In this document: positions 40,470 to 50,505 of the stretch, in pieces
Position numbering within the stretch: position 1 is the first letter of the stretch
How the letters are laid out: every line of letters begins with the position of its first letter
NCBI GenBank assembly: GCA_963706595.1
Contig: OY970166.1
Span: forward strand, 1,120,001 to 1,184,000
DNA length: 64,000 nt
Direction: 5' to 3'
From: an uncultured cyanobacterium
GTDB lineage: Bacteria; Cyanobacteriota; Cyanobacteriia; Cyanobacteriales; Nostocaceae
Program-made: the position numbers and the translations under genes
The notes under the pieces: model-generated
What the model saw: only the letters and a program-made list of their open reading frames with translations
Database searches by the model: none
Told to the model about the DNA's origin: nothing

Positions 40470-40542
40470 GTATTTGGAGTTGTGTCACGCAAAGGCGCAA
40501 AGGCGCAAAGGTTGAAAGAAGAGTTATAAAGGTGAGTGAGAT

Positions 40543-41259
40543 ATGGTTGTTAAGACTTTAACTATTAATGAGCGGTTGGTTAGTGGTCGGGAGGAGGAAA
40601 CTGTTCTGCAAGCGGCGCAGGATGCGGGGATTTATATTCCGACTTTATGTCATTTGCAAGGGGTGACGGATGTGGGGGCTTGTCGGTTGTGTTTGGTGGA
40701 AGTTGCTGGTAGTAATAAGCTTCAGCCTGCTTGTGTGACTAAGGTGACTGAGGGGATGGAGGTTAGGACAGATAGCGATCGCCTACACAAATATCGGCGT
40801 ACAATTATTGAGATGCTGTTTGCTGAAGGTAATCACATTTGCTCGGTATGTGTCGCTAATGGTAATTGTGAATTGCAAGATTTAGCAATTGAGATGGGTA
40901 TGGATCATGTGCGTTTAGATTACCATTTCCCTGATCGTAAGGTCGATGTCTCTCATGATCGTTTTGGTGTTGACCATAACCGTTGTATTCTTTGCACTCG
41001 TTGCATCCGTGTTTGTGATGAAATCGAAGGAGCGCACACTTGGGATATGGCGGGTAGGGGGACAAATTCCCACGTTATCACCGATTTAAATCAGCCTTGG
41101 GGAACTTCAGATACTTGTACTTCTTGCGGTAAATGCGTTGATGCTTGTCCTACAGGTGCATTGTTTGACAAAGGTTCCAGCGTCGCAGAAATGAAACGCG
41201 ATCGCACCAAACTAGATTTTCTCGTCACCGCCAGAGATAAACACCAATGGAACCTTTAA
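40543..41259 (+). CDS. hoxU: Bidirectional hydrogenase diaphorase subunit HoxU
   Basis: [55 protein letters not shown]. Confidence 0.96.
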   Translation: MVVKTLTINERLVSGREEETVLQAAQDAGIYIPTLCHLQGVTDVGACRLCLVEVAGSNKLQPACVTKVTEGMEVRTDSDRLHKYRRTIIEMLFAEGNHICSVCVANGNCELQDLAIEMGMDHVRLDYHFPDRKVDVSHDRFGVDHNRCILCTRCIRVCDEIEGAHTWDMAGRGTNSHVITDLNQPWGTSDTCTSCGKCVDACPTGALFDKGSSVAEMKRDRTKLDFLVTARDKHQWNL

Positions 41260-41299
41260 ACAATAACTGTTAACTCCCCCACTCCCCAACTACGAACTA

Positions 41300-41483
41300 G
41301 GGAGCATACCAATTTGGTAAAAATATGGAGACTGATGCAAAAACCCTCTGAAATCCTCTTCCCTTGGCGTTCTTTGCGTCTAAAGCCCTGGGGGCATACG
41401 CTGCGCGAAGGCGGTTCGTTTTCCATTCTTCTCTAAGGCAAAATCCCATAAATAAATTGAACTTGCACATTTGGGATGCTCCC
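41300..41483. mobile_element. MITE-like element GGGAGCAT...ATGCTCCC; related copies at 38115-38212, 43762-43885 and ~50080-50175
   Basis: Terminal inverted repeats; an internal ~61-bp segment is a perfect inverted match to 43764-43824. Confidence 0.75.
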
Positions 41484-41486
41484 ATG

Positions 41487-41532
41487 AACTACGAACTACG
41501 AATTACGAACTACGAATTACGAATTACGAATT
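41487..41532. repeat. Heptamer tandem repeat AA(T/C)TACG; inverted tract at ~43708-43745
   Basis: AACTACG/AATTACG about six times immediately before the hoxY ATG. Confidence 0.85.
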
Positions 41533-41535
41533 ATT

Positions 41536-42081
41536 ATGTCTCGTTTAAAATTAGCAACAGTTTGGTTAGGCGGCTGTTCCGGCTGTCATATGTCCTTTCT
41601 CGACTTAGACGAATGGCTAATAGATTTAGCTGCACAAGCAGACTTAGTTTATAGTCCCTTCGCTGATACCAAAGAATATCCCCAAGGAGTAGATGTAGTG
41701 TTAGTTGAAGGTGCAGTAGCCAACGAAGATCATTTGCAAATGATTCAGATAGTTAGAGAGCGATCGCACATTCTAGTTTCCTTTGGTGATTGTGCAGTTA
41801 CTGGCAATGTTACCGCCTTACGTAACCCTTTAGGCAGTGCCGAACCAGTCCTCCAGCGTTGTTACATAGAAACAGCAGATATTCACCGACAAATTCCCCA
41901 TGAACCTGGAATTGTCCCCACCTTACTAGACCGAGTAGTTCCAGTACATAAAATAGTCCCAGTTGATATTTATATGCCAGGATGTCCACCCTCAGCAACT
42001 AGAATAAAAGCCACATTAGAACCACTATTAAGAGGAGAAAACCCAAAACTAGAAGGACGAGACATGATTAAATTTGGCTAA
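41536..42081 (+). CDS. hoxY: Bidirectional NiFe hydrogenase small subunit HoxY
   Basis: WLGGCSGCHMSFLD, FGDCAVTGNV, MPGCPP. Confidence 0.96.
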   Translation: MSRLKLATVWLGGCSGCHMSFLDLDEWLIDLAAQADLVYSPFADTKEYPQGVDVVLVEGAVANEDHLQMIQIVRERSHILVSFGDCAVTGNVTALRNPLGSAEPVLQRCYIETADIHRQIPHEPGIVPTLLDRVVPVHKIVPVDIYMPGCPPSATRIKATLEPLLRGENPKLEGRDMIKFG

Positions 42082-42229
42082 CTTAAACACTCCAGAAAAA
42101 TGTATCTTCAAGCACAAAAATAATGTTCCCCCTCCTGCTCCCTCTCCTTACTAAGGAGAGGGCTGGGGTGAGGTTCCATCATACTCTACTGCGTGAATAA
42201 TTCCTATCATTAAAAACCCCAAAAATATT

Positions 42230-43705
42230 ATGCCTAAAAAAATCATTATAGACCCAGTTACCCGCATAGAAGGACACGCCAAAATCAGCATTTATTTAGA
42301 TGATACAGGACAAGTCAGGGATGCCCAATTTCATGTTACAGAATTTCGTGGTTTTGAGAAATTTTGTGAAGGTCGTCCCCTGTGGGAAATGCCAGGAATT
42401 ACAGCCAGAATTTGCGGAATTTGCCCAGTCAGCCATTTATTAGCCTCTGCCAAAGCAGGCGATCGCATCCTATCTGTTACAATTCCTCAAGCAGCCGAAA
42501 AACTGCGGCGGTTAATGAATTTAGCCCAAATTATTCAATCCCATTCCTTGAGTTTCTTCCACCTCAGCGCCCCAGATTTATTATTAGGAATGGATAGCGA
42601 CCCCGCAAAACGCAATATATTTGGCTTAATTGCAGCCGAACCAGAACTAGCCCGTGGCGGAATCCGCTTGCGTCAATTTGGACAAGAGATTATTGAACAA
42701 TTGGGAGGACAAAAAATACACCCATCATGGGCGGTTCCTGGTGGTGTGCGCGAAGCCTTATCCCCAGAAGGACGCACCCATATTCAGAACCGCATCCCGG
42801 AAGCACGCACCACAATCTTAAATGCACTGAGTAGATTTAAAGAATTACTCAATAATTATCAACAAGAAGCCCAAACCTTCGGGAATTTTCCGAGTTTATT
42901 TATGGGGTTAGTAACTCCTGAAGGTTTATGGGAAAACTACGACGGACATATTCGTTTTGTAGATAGTGCGGGTAATATTATCACTGACCAACTTGACCCT
43001 ACTAATTATCAAGAATTCATTGGTGAAGCAGTTGAATCCCATTCTTATTTAAAATTTCCTTACTATCGCCCTTTGGGTTATCCTGACCAGAGCGACCATT
43101 GTAATTTAAATAGTGGAATTTATCGAGTTGGTCCCCTAGCCCGGCTGAATATTTGTAGTCACATTGGTACACCTTTAGCTGATGTAGAATTACGGGAATA
43201 TAGAGACAGAGGTAAAGGCACAGTTAATTCATCATTTTTCTATCATTACGCCCGGTTAATTGAAATTTTAGCATCAATTGAGCATATAGAGATTTTATTA
43301 GATGACCCAGATTTACTACTTGGGCAGAGAGTAGCCGAAGCCTCAAATAGATTGCGGGCTGAAGCAGGGATTAATCAGTTATCAGGAGTGGGAGTAAGTG
43401 AAGCCCCCAGAGGAACATTATTTCATCATTATCAAGTAGATGAAAATGGTTTAATGCAGAAAGTAAACTTAATAATTGCCACAGGTCAAAATAATCTAGG
43501 AATGAATCGCACAGTGGCGCAAATTGCCCGACATTTTATTAATGGTGCAGAAATTGCTGAAGGAATGTTAAACCGAGTAGAAGCCGGAATTCGGGCTTTT
43601 GACCCATGTTTAAGTTGTTCAACTCATGCAGCCGGACAAATGCCTTTACATATTCAATTAATTGATACAGAGGGGAGTATAGTTAACGAAGTTTGGCGAG
43701 AATAA
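42230..43705 (+). CDS. hoxH: Bidirectional NiFe hydrogenase large subunit HoxH
   Basis: [19 protein letters not shown] (L1), [20 protein letters not shown] (L2) plus a C-terminal extension. Confidence 0.97.
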   Translation: MPKKIIIDPVTRIEGHAKISIYLDDTGQVRDAQFHVTEFRGFEKFCEGRPLWEMPGITARICGICPVSHLLASAKAGDRILSVTIPQAAEKLRRLMNLAQIIQSHSLSFFHLSAPDLLLGMDSDPAKRNIFGLIAAEPELARGGIRLRQFGQEIIEQLGGQKIHPSWAVPGGVREALSPEGRTHIQNRIPEARTTILNALSRFKELLNNYQQEAQTFGNFPSLFMGLVTPEGLWENYDGHIRFVDSAGNIITDQLDPTNYQEFIGEAVESHSYLKFPYYRPLGYPDQSDHCNLNSGIYRVGPLARLNICSHIGTPLADVELREYRDRGKGTVNSSFFYHYARLIEILASIEHIEILLDDPDLLLGQRVAEASNRLRAEAGINQLSGVGVSEAPRGTLFHHYQVDENGLMQKVNLIIATGQNNLGMNRTVAQIARHFINGAEIAEGMLNRVEAGIRAFDPCLSCSTHAAGQMPLHIQLIDTEGSIVNEVWRE

Positions 43706-43950
43706 TTTGTAATTCGTAATTCGTAATTCGTAATTCGTAGTTCGTGGAATGGAATGGAATGGAAAAACGAACCGCCTTCGCGCAGCGTATGCCCCCAGGG
43801 CTTTAGACGCAAAGAACGCCAAGGTAAGAGGTTTAATAGGTTTTTTACGTCAGTCTTCTATGTTTTTACCAAATTGAAATGCTCCTTTCTTAAACCCTCG
43901 TTCTCTCTGCGCCTCTGCGCCTCTGCGTGACATAAATCAACCCAAATAAT

Positions 43951-44412
43951 ATGAACGCTCATGCGATGCCTGCGGCGAGCAAAGCTATCGCTATAGGATA
44001 TGGTAATGAATTGCGTAGTGATGATGGTATTGGTCAAAAAGTAGCTAAAACCTTGCAGTTATCACAGGTGAAATCTCTTGCGGTTCACCAACTCACCCCG
44101 GAACTGGCTGAGGTTTTAGCCCATGCTGATTTAGCAATATTTATTGATGCTTGTTTAATATCCGAAAGTTCTCAAGTACAAATACAATCCCTTTCACCTG
44201 CATCTTGTAACATCATCGCCGGACATACAGCCGATCCGCGATCGCTCTTAGCCCTAACTCAAGCCCTGTATAATTATAGTCCGCCGGCTTGGTGGATTAA
44301 AGTCCCAGGAGTTAATTTTGAATTAGGGTATAGTTTATCACCAATAGCGGAAATTGGAGTAGCGATCGCTTTACAAAAAATTACCCAAATTATAGACGCA
44401 AATTCCAGTTAG
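43951..44412 (+). CDS. hoxW: Hydrogenase maturation protease HoxW
   Basis: IGYGNELRSDDGIG, HQLTPELAE, IFIDA; directly downstream of hoxH. Confidence 0.88.
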   Translation: MNAHAMPAASKAIAIGYGNELRSDDGIGQKVAKTLQLSQVKSLAVHQLTPELAEVLAHADLAIFIDACLISESSQVQIQSLSPASCNIIAGHTADPRSLLALTQALYNYSPPAWWIKVPGVNFELGYSLSPIAEIGVAIALQKITQIIDANSS

Positions 44413-44454
44413 CTAATTTAAAATATTCTTTACCACCACAGGTAGTAGCAACTC

Positions 44455-47208
44455 ATGGAAAAGCCCATACATGATATTTTGCGAACTCAGAAGCAAAATC
44501 CTCTGGATGCTATCTTTGCGCCTAAAAGTGTGGCGGTAATTGGTGCTAGTGAAAAAGCTAATAGTGTGGGGCGTACATTACTATGGAACTTAATTAGTAA
44601 CCCTTTCGGTGGAACCGTTTTCCCTGTCAATCCTCAACGACACAGCATACTGGGAATTAAAGCTTACCCGAATATTTTTGATGTCCCCGAAGCAGTGGAT
44701 TTAGCAGTTATTGCTACCCCAGCCTCAACAGTTCCAACTATTATTGCTGAGTGCGTTGATGCAGGTGTCAAAGGTGCAATTATTCTCAGTGCTGGTTTTA
44801 AAGAAACTGGTGCTGAGGGTGTCATCTTAGAACAGCAAATACTAGAACAAGCCCATCGGGGTAAAATGCGGATTATTGGCCCTAACTGCTTGGGTGCAAT
44901 GAGTCCGCGCACAGGTTTAAATGCGACTTTTGCCAGTGCAATGGCACGTCCTGGAAATGTGGGCTTTATTAGTCAAAGTGGAGCGCTCTGCACCGCTATT
45001 CTTGATTGGAGTTTCCGAGAAAACGTTGGCTTTAGCGCCTTTGTTTCCCTTGGCTCCATGCTTGATGTTGGTTGGGGAGATTTAATTGACTATCTTGGTG
45101 ATGATCGGCACACCAAAAGTATTGTTATTTACATGGAATCAATTGGAAATGCCAGATCATTTCTCTCAGCAGCGCGAGAAGTTGCTTTAACTAAGCCAAT
45201 TATTGTGATTAAAGCCGGACGTACCGCAGCCGCAGCTAAAGCCGCAGCTTCCCATACTGGCGCATTAACCGGAAGTGATGAAGTTCTGGACGCAGCTTTT
45301 CGGCGTTGTGGAGTGTTGCGGGTTAACAGTATTTCTGACTTGTTCGATATGGCGGAAGTATTAGCAAAACAACCCCGTCCCCAAGGTTCACGCCTGACAA
45401 TTTTGACTAACGCCGGTGGTCCCGGAGTGCTGGCTACTGATGCTCTAATTGCTTCTGGTGGAGAAGTTGCACCAATTTCTCAGGAAACTATCGCCTCTCT
45501 TAACCAACTATTACCCACACATTGGAGTCATGGTAATCCCATTGACATTCTCGGCGATGCTGACCCCCAGAGATATACTCAAGCCTTAGAAATTGCGGCT
45601 CAAGATCCCAATAGTGATGGCTTATTGGTGATTCTCACACCCCAAGCCATGACTGACCCCACCCAAACAGCCGAACAATTAAAACCCTACGCGCAGATAC
45701 CCAATAAACCTATCCTGGCGAGTTGGATGGGAGGCGCAGATATCGCCGCAGGGGAGATGATTCTGAATCGCAACCATATTCCCACATATCCTTATCCTGA
45801 TACTGCGGCACGAATATTTAGTTATATGTGGCAGTCTAGTTATAATTTGCGTGGTATCTACGAAACTCCTGTAATGTCTGCGCTTGATTCTGCGTTAGGG
45901 ATACCAGACCGTAACTGTGTGGAGAAAATTATCCAAGCAGCGCGACAGGCACAGCGAAACATTCTTACAGAGTTTGAATCCAAGCAGATTTTAGCAGCTT
46001 ATGGTTTGCCGGTGGTAACTACTGGTGTTGCGAAAAGTGAAGATGAAGCAGTTCAATGTGCTGACAATATTGGTTATCCAGTTGTTTTAAAGCTTTTTTC
46101 CCACACAATTACCCATAAAACCGATGTTGGCGGTGTGCAGTTAAATCTGCGAGATGCTGAAGCCGTCAGACGAGCTTACAATGCTATTGCCGAATCAGTG
46201 AGTGAGAAAGTCGGTGTTCAGCATTTTTTAGGTGTCACTGTGCAGCCGATGGTCAAAATCGCTGGTTATGAATTGATTATTGGTAGTAGTATTGATGCCC
46301 AATTTGGCCCGGTGTTGCTTTTTGGTACAGGAGGACAACTTGTAGAGATTTTTTGCGATCGCACGATGCCTGCGGCGAGCGTAGCTATCGCACTTCCACC
46401 ACTAAATACCACTTTAGCACGACGCATGATCGAGCAAACACAAATTTACAAAGCCCTCAAAGGAGTCAGGGGACGTAAAAGTGTTGATATGGCAGCCCTG
46501 GAAAAATTAATGGTGGTATTTAGTCAATTAGTGGTAGAACAACGCGCAATTAAGGAAATTGATATTAACCCGTTGCTAGCTTCATCTGAGCAATTAATTA
46601 TCCTCGATGCCCGAATTATCCTGCACGAAGCAGATGTTAAAGAAGAGCAACTACCAAAGTTAGCAATTCGCCCCTATCCCATACAATATGTCAGCCAGTG
46701 GACGATGAGCAATGGCACTGCTGTGACTATTCGTCCGATTCGTCCAGAAGATGAGCCGTTGATGGTAAAATTTCATCAGACACTCTCAGAACAAAGCGTT
46801 TATTTTCGTTATTTTCACTTAATTAAGCTGCAATCGAGAGTAGCCCATGAACGATTAACACGGATTTGTTTTATTGATTATGACCGGGAAATCGCCTTAG
46901 TTGTAGAATATCAAAATCCCGAAACACAGACACGGGAAATTTTGGCAGTTGGTCGGTTAAGTAAAATACATGGTACGAATGCAGCAGAATTTGCTATTGT
47001 GGTATGCGATCGCTTTCAATCTCAAGGCATAGGAACCGAGTTACTGCGACGGTTACTAAAAGTTAGTCAAGATGAGCAACTCACCAGAATCACTGCTGAT
47101 ATCTTGAGTGATAATTATGCAATGCAAAAAATCTGTGAAAACCTGGGTTTTCAAATTGAGCGTACAGATTATCCTACTGTAGTACAAGCCCAAATCGAGA
47201 TCAATTAG
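44455..47208 (+). CDS. ADP-forming acyl-CoA synthetase-like / GNAT acetyltransferase fusion (Pat-like)
   Basis: [42 protein letters not shown], and C-terminal GNAT (IRPIRPED...QSQGIG). Confidence 0.92.
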   Translation: MEKPIHDILRTQKQNPLDAIFAPKSVAVIGASEKANSVGRTLLWNLISNPFGGTVFPVNPQRHSILGIKAYPNIFDVPEAVDLAVIATPASTVPTIIAECVDAGVKGAIILSAGFKETGAEGVILEQQILEQAHRGKMRIIGPNCLGAMSPRTGLNATFASAMARPGNVGFISQSGALCTAILDWSFRENVGFSAFVSLGSMLDVGWGDLIDYLGDDRHTKSIVIYMESIGNARSFLSAAREVALTKPIIVIKAGRTAAAAKAAASHTGALTGSDEVLDAAFRRCGVLRVNSISDLFDMAEVLAKQPRPQGSRLTILTNAGGPGVLATDALIASGGEVAPISQETIASLNQLLPTHWSHGNPIDILGDADPQRYTQALEIAAQDPNSDGLLVILTPQAMTDPTQTAEQLKPYAQIPNKPILASWMGGADIAAGEMILNRNHIPTYPYPDTAARIFSYMWQSSYNLRGIYETPVMSALDSALGIPDRNCVEKIIQAARQAQRNILTEFESKQILAAYGLPVVTTGVAKSEDEAVQCADNIGYPVVLKLFSHTITHKTDVGGVQLNLRDAEAVRRAYNAIAESVSEKVGVQHFLGVTVQPMVKIAGYELIIGSSIDAQFGPVLLFGTGGQLVEIFCDRTMPAASVAIALPPLNTTLARRMIEQTQIYKALKGVRGRKSVDMAALEKLMVVFSQLVVEQRAIKEIDINPLLASSEQLIILDARIILHEADVKEEQLPKLAIRPYPIQYVSQWTMSNGTAVTIRPIRPEDEPLMVKFHQTLSEQSVYFRYFHLIKLQSRVAHERLTRICFIDYDREIALVVEYQNPETQTREILAVGRLSKIHGTNAAEFAIVVCDRFQSQGIGTELLRRLLKVSQDEQLTRITADILSDNYAMQKICENLGFQIERTDYPTVVQAQIEIN

Positions 47209-47317
47209 ATATAAGATATAGCGTTTCCTAATCATATAAAGTATATAATAGCCCCCTCCTCGCTTGCGGGGAGGGGGTTGGGGGTGGGGTTCAAAACTAA
47301 TTATCCTGAAGCAAACA

Positions 47318-48361
47318 ATGATACCTAAAAAACTTGACAGCAATAGCTCAAATACTTTAAATCGTCTAGTAGAGCCAAGTTCTGAATTATACGCTATTTT
47401 TTCTCAGACAGAAGTTGTCGAGTTAATCCAGGCATTAGAACTGAGAAGAGAAATTCCTGTAAAATTCGCTTACAAAGGCGGAGGTGCGAAAATATGGAAT
47501 GATTTTTATGAAAAATATGTTATCCCTAAATGGTATGAACCATCCAACGTAGAAGTTGAGTTATTAAAGCAAAACTTTGAATATATTAATAGTTATCAAA
47601 ATTGTGATCAAATTAATATTGTCGATGTCGGTGCAGGTAATTCGTACCCAGTTAAAAAATTTGTTTCTCAACTGCATAAATTAGGAAGAATTAATAAATA
47701 TATCGCTTTGGATATTAGTAGTGAACTGCTGAGTTTATCAAAAGTAAACTTTACTAAATGGTTTCCATCAATTGAGTTTAAAAATCATACAGTTGATATA
47801 GAAGCTAATGCTATTCCCGCTAATATTCTGCAAAACTCAACTTCTGGTCAAATGAAAGATATAGCCAATGTATTTTTACATTTAGGTGTAACAATTGGCA
47901 ATCATCAAGATAGAGTGAGAGTCTTTCAAAACTTTAAAAACAGCATGAATCCAAATGATTTGCTTGTGTTCACCAACGAAATAGGTTCTCACTCCCAATG
48001 GGATGGAAAAGTTCGAGGTGGTTGTAAATATCATGTAGAAGGAATATATGCATGGATTACCAACAAGATGGGGATTAATTCTGAAGATTGCGAACTTGTG
48101 AGAAAGTATGATGTCAAAACAGATAGTATCACTGCCAATATAAAATTGTTGCAAAATTACACGTTCAGTTTTAGCCAATGGGGAATAAATGAGAATTTGG
48201 AAATTTTAAAAGATGAAGAAATTACCATTTGGAAACATCACAAGTATGAAATGCCTGAACTTACACAAGAGTTAGCAAAAGCTGGGTTAAAAATTGTTCA
48301 CTCTAGTTGCGATAAATATAAATCACATATTATGGTTTTTTGTCAAGTTGCTGATAGGTAG
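47318..48361 (+). CDS. EgtD-like (histidine-specific-family) SAM-dependent methyltransferase
   Basis: REIPVKFAY, VDVGAGN, YIALDIS, LGVTIGN; ATG 47318 (the upstream extension lies in a repeat element). Confidence 0.72.
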   Translation: MIPKKLDSNSSNTLNRLVEPSSELYAIFSQTEVVELIQALELRREIPVKFAYKGGGAKIWNDFYEKYVIPKWYEPSNVEVELLKQNFEYINSYQNCDQINIVDVGAGNSYPVKKFVSQLHKLGRINKYIALDISSELLSLSKVNFTKWFPSIEFKNHTVDIEANAIPANILQNSTSGQMKDIANVFLHLGVTIGNHQDRVRVFQNFKNSMNPNDLLVFTNEIGSHSQWDGKVRGGCKYHVEGIYAWITNKMGINSEDCELVRKYDVKTDSITANIKLLQNYTFSFSQWGINENLEILKDEEITIWKHHKYEMPELTQELAKAGLKIVHSSCDKYKSHIMVFCQVADR

Positions 48362-48749
48362 ATTTTCAGCACTTTAAAAAATCTAACTCTAGTACCTTCA
48401 TTTTCTGAATTGATTATATTAAAATGTGTACTGGATTTACTGACCAAGTGCTGCATATAATTATCAAGCGCCTTGTCTTTATGTGCAGTGCTGATGGCAT
48501 TTATTTCAGAAAACTAGGATAATACCAATTCTGTGTAAGGATACGCTGAAATATTAGGAGGAACTAACCACAAAGGACACAAAGGACACAAAGTAAGAAG
48601 GAAAGAAGGAAAGAAATTTAGCCCAACTTTATAAAAAAATGGATAAACTTCCCGAATTCAATGATGACAATGAGATCCATTAAAAAAAAACTGCTGTCCC
48701 TCGCAATCTTTTACGAGAACGCTTAATTGCTATTCTGGCTTTAATTAAT

Positions 48750-50078
48750 TTGGGGCTGGTGTTTTTTGATATCAGTTATCTGTATGCACGAGATTTTTAT
48801 CTACAAGCTATCCCCAGCTTAACCCAATTATACGACCCGATTAAAGGTATTAAACCCCATCCATCGACAAGGAATTATCTTCAGCAGGTGGAAAATCTAG
48901 AAGCTCAAGTTGTAGCCTCTGGATTAAAATCGCCGGAAGTAGAAAATCAACTAGCACAATTAAGCCGCCTCAGTACACAAATCATCGAAGATAATCCCTT
49001 TGCGGTAGCGGATAAAAGCAGTTCCTTGGAAAAGATTCAAGAGGAAATGCGCCAAAGGACGGGTATGAACTCGGCGCGTGATGCTTTGACTGAGTTTTGG
49101 AATCCAGATTACCTCGAAAAAGCTGGTTGGCGTGAAGAAATAGGGTTTTGGAATAGTGAGATTCTCCCTTTAATTCAAGCCAATTATTATCGAGATATTA
49201 ATAAATACGGTAAATTTATCGACTATTTTTGGTTAATTGATTTACCTTTTGTGCTGATATTTGCGTTGAATTTTTTATCGCGGACATTTCAAACCAGTCG
49301 CCGGAATCCGCAGTTAAATTGGTTAGAAGCAATGCTGCGACGCTGGTATGATATTTTCTTGCTGCTACCTTTTGCGCGATGGTTGCGAGTGTTTCCGGTA
49401 ACTGTTCGGCTTTACCAAGCTGAATTATTAAATCTTGACCCATTCAAAGCCCAAATTAACCGTGATTTTGCTGTAGGATTTGCCCAGGAAATTACAGAGA
49501 TGGTAGGAATTCAGGTGATAGAGCAAATGCAAAATTCCATTCAAAAAGGAGATGTTGCTCGTTGGTTATTTCAACCAGAATCCCGTCGTCCTTATGTGCA
49601 GATAAATAACCAAAGTGAGCTACAAGTGATTACCGCCCGCTTGGTAAAAGTGAGTATTTATGATGTCTTACCCCAAATTAAACCTGATATCACAGCTTTA
49701 ATCCAGCACACAATTCAAAGTACTTTATATGAAACTCCAGTTATCGGCCAATTACAGCAGTTTCCTGGACTAAATAAATTACCTCATCAGTTAGTCGAAC
49801 AATTAGCCGCTAACTTAACCAAATCGGCTTACGCAACTTTGGTGAAAGCACTAGAAGACCCTGTGGGTGGAGAGGTAACAACCCGGTTGCTCAAAAACTT
49901 TCGAGAGGCTTTAGAAAATGAGTTACAAAAAAGACATAATTTACAGGAGTTAGAACAATTGTTTGTTGATATGTTAGAAGAAATCAAGATTAATTATGTG
50001 AAAAATATTGCTGAAGGAGGGATAGAAAAAACTGTAGAGGAAGTAGAAAATATTCAAAGGCAATTTAGGCGTTACTAG
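48750..50078 (+). CDS. Cyanobacterial membrane-associated hypothetical protein; 5' end disrupted at an A9 run / in-frame TAA
   Basis: 442-aa ORF with TM segments. The frame stays open upstream to TAA at 48681 (..KKTAVPRNLLRERLIAILALINLGLV..), so the true start is probably earlier. Confidence 0.75.
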   Translation: MGLVFFDISYLYARDFYLQAIPSLTQLYDPIKGIKPHPSTRNYLQQVENLEAQVVASGLKSPEVENQLAQLSRLSTQIIEDNPFAVADKSSSLEKIQEEMRQRTGMNSARDALTEFWNPDYLEKAGWREEIGFWNSEILPLIQANYYRDINKYGKFIDYFWLIDLPFVLIFALNFLSRTFQTSRRNPQLNWLEAMLRRWYDIFLLLPFARWLRVFPVTVRLYQAELLNLDPFKAQINRDFAVGFAQEITEMVGIQVIEQMQNSIQKGDVARWLFQPESRRPYVQINNQSELQVITARLVKVSIYDVLPQIKPDITALIQHTIQSTLYETPVIGQLQQFPGLNKLPHQLVEQLAANLTKSAYATLVKALEDPVGGEVTTRLLKNFREALENELQKRHNLQELEQLFVDMLEEIKINYVKNIAEGGIEKTVEEVENIQRQFRRY

Positions 50079-50505
50079 AGTGAGCATCCCCATTTGGTAG
50101 AAATATAGGATGCTGAAATCTAAACTCTCTGGAATTCCCTCGTAGCGTTTTAGCGCTAAAGCGCAACTACAAACATAGGACTCCTATTTGATTTTGTGAA
50201 CATCAATACAACTCAAAATGGCTTTTTCCCACTCCCCAGAAGAAGCAGGGGAGCAGGGAGCAGGGAGTAAGGGGGAGTAAGAAATTATTTTAAACTTTCG
50301 GTTACTTAACAACCATTCTTCTTCTCCCCTGCCCCCTGCCCCTTTTCCTCTTCTCCCCACCTACGCAAGTAAGTTAAAAAATCAAAGCGGATTACTATAG
50401 ATGAGAGGGTTTGTGAACAAAAATAAAGGTGAAAATAAGCGGAGTTATTTTTATTAAAATTAAGATGGGTTATTGTTGATTCTTGAAACCTGGGGGAAGA
50501 AAATC

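Noticed and set aside
41297..41654. ORFs 41297-41485 and 41364-41654 (NYELRIT repeats)
   Set aside because: Derived from a MITE and AATTACG heptamers; the second overlaps hoxY out of frame.
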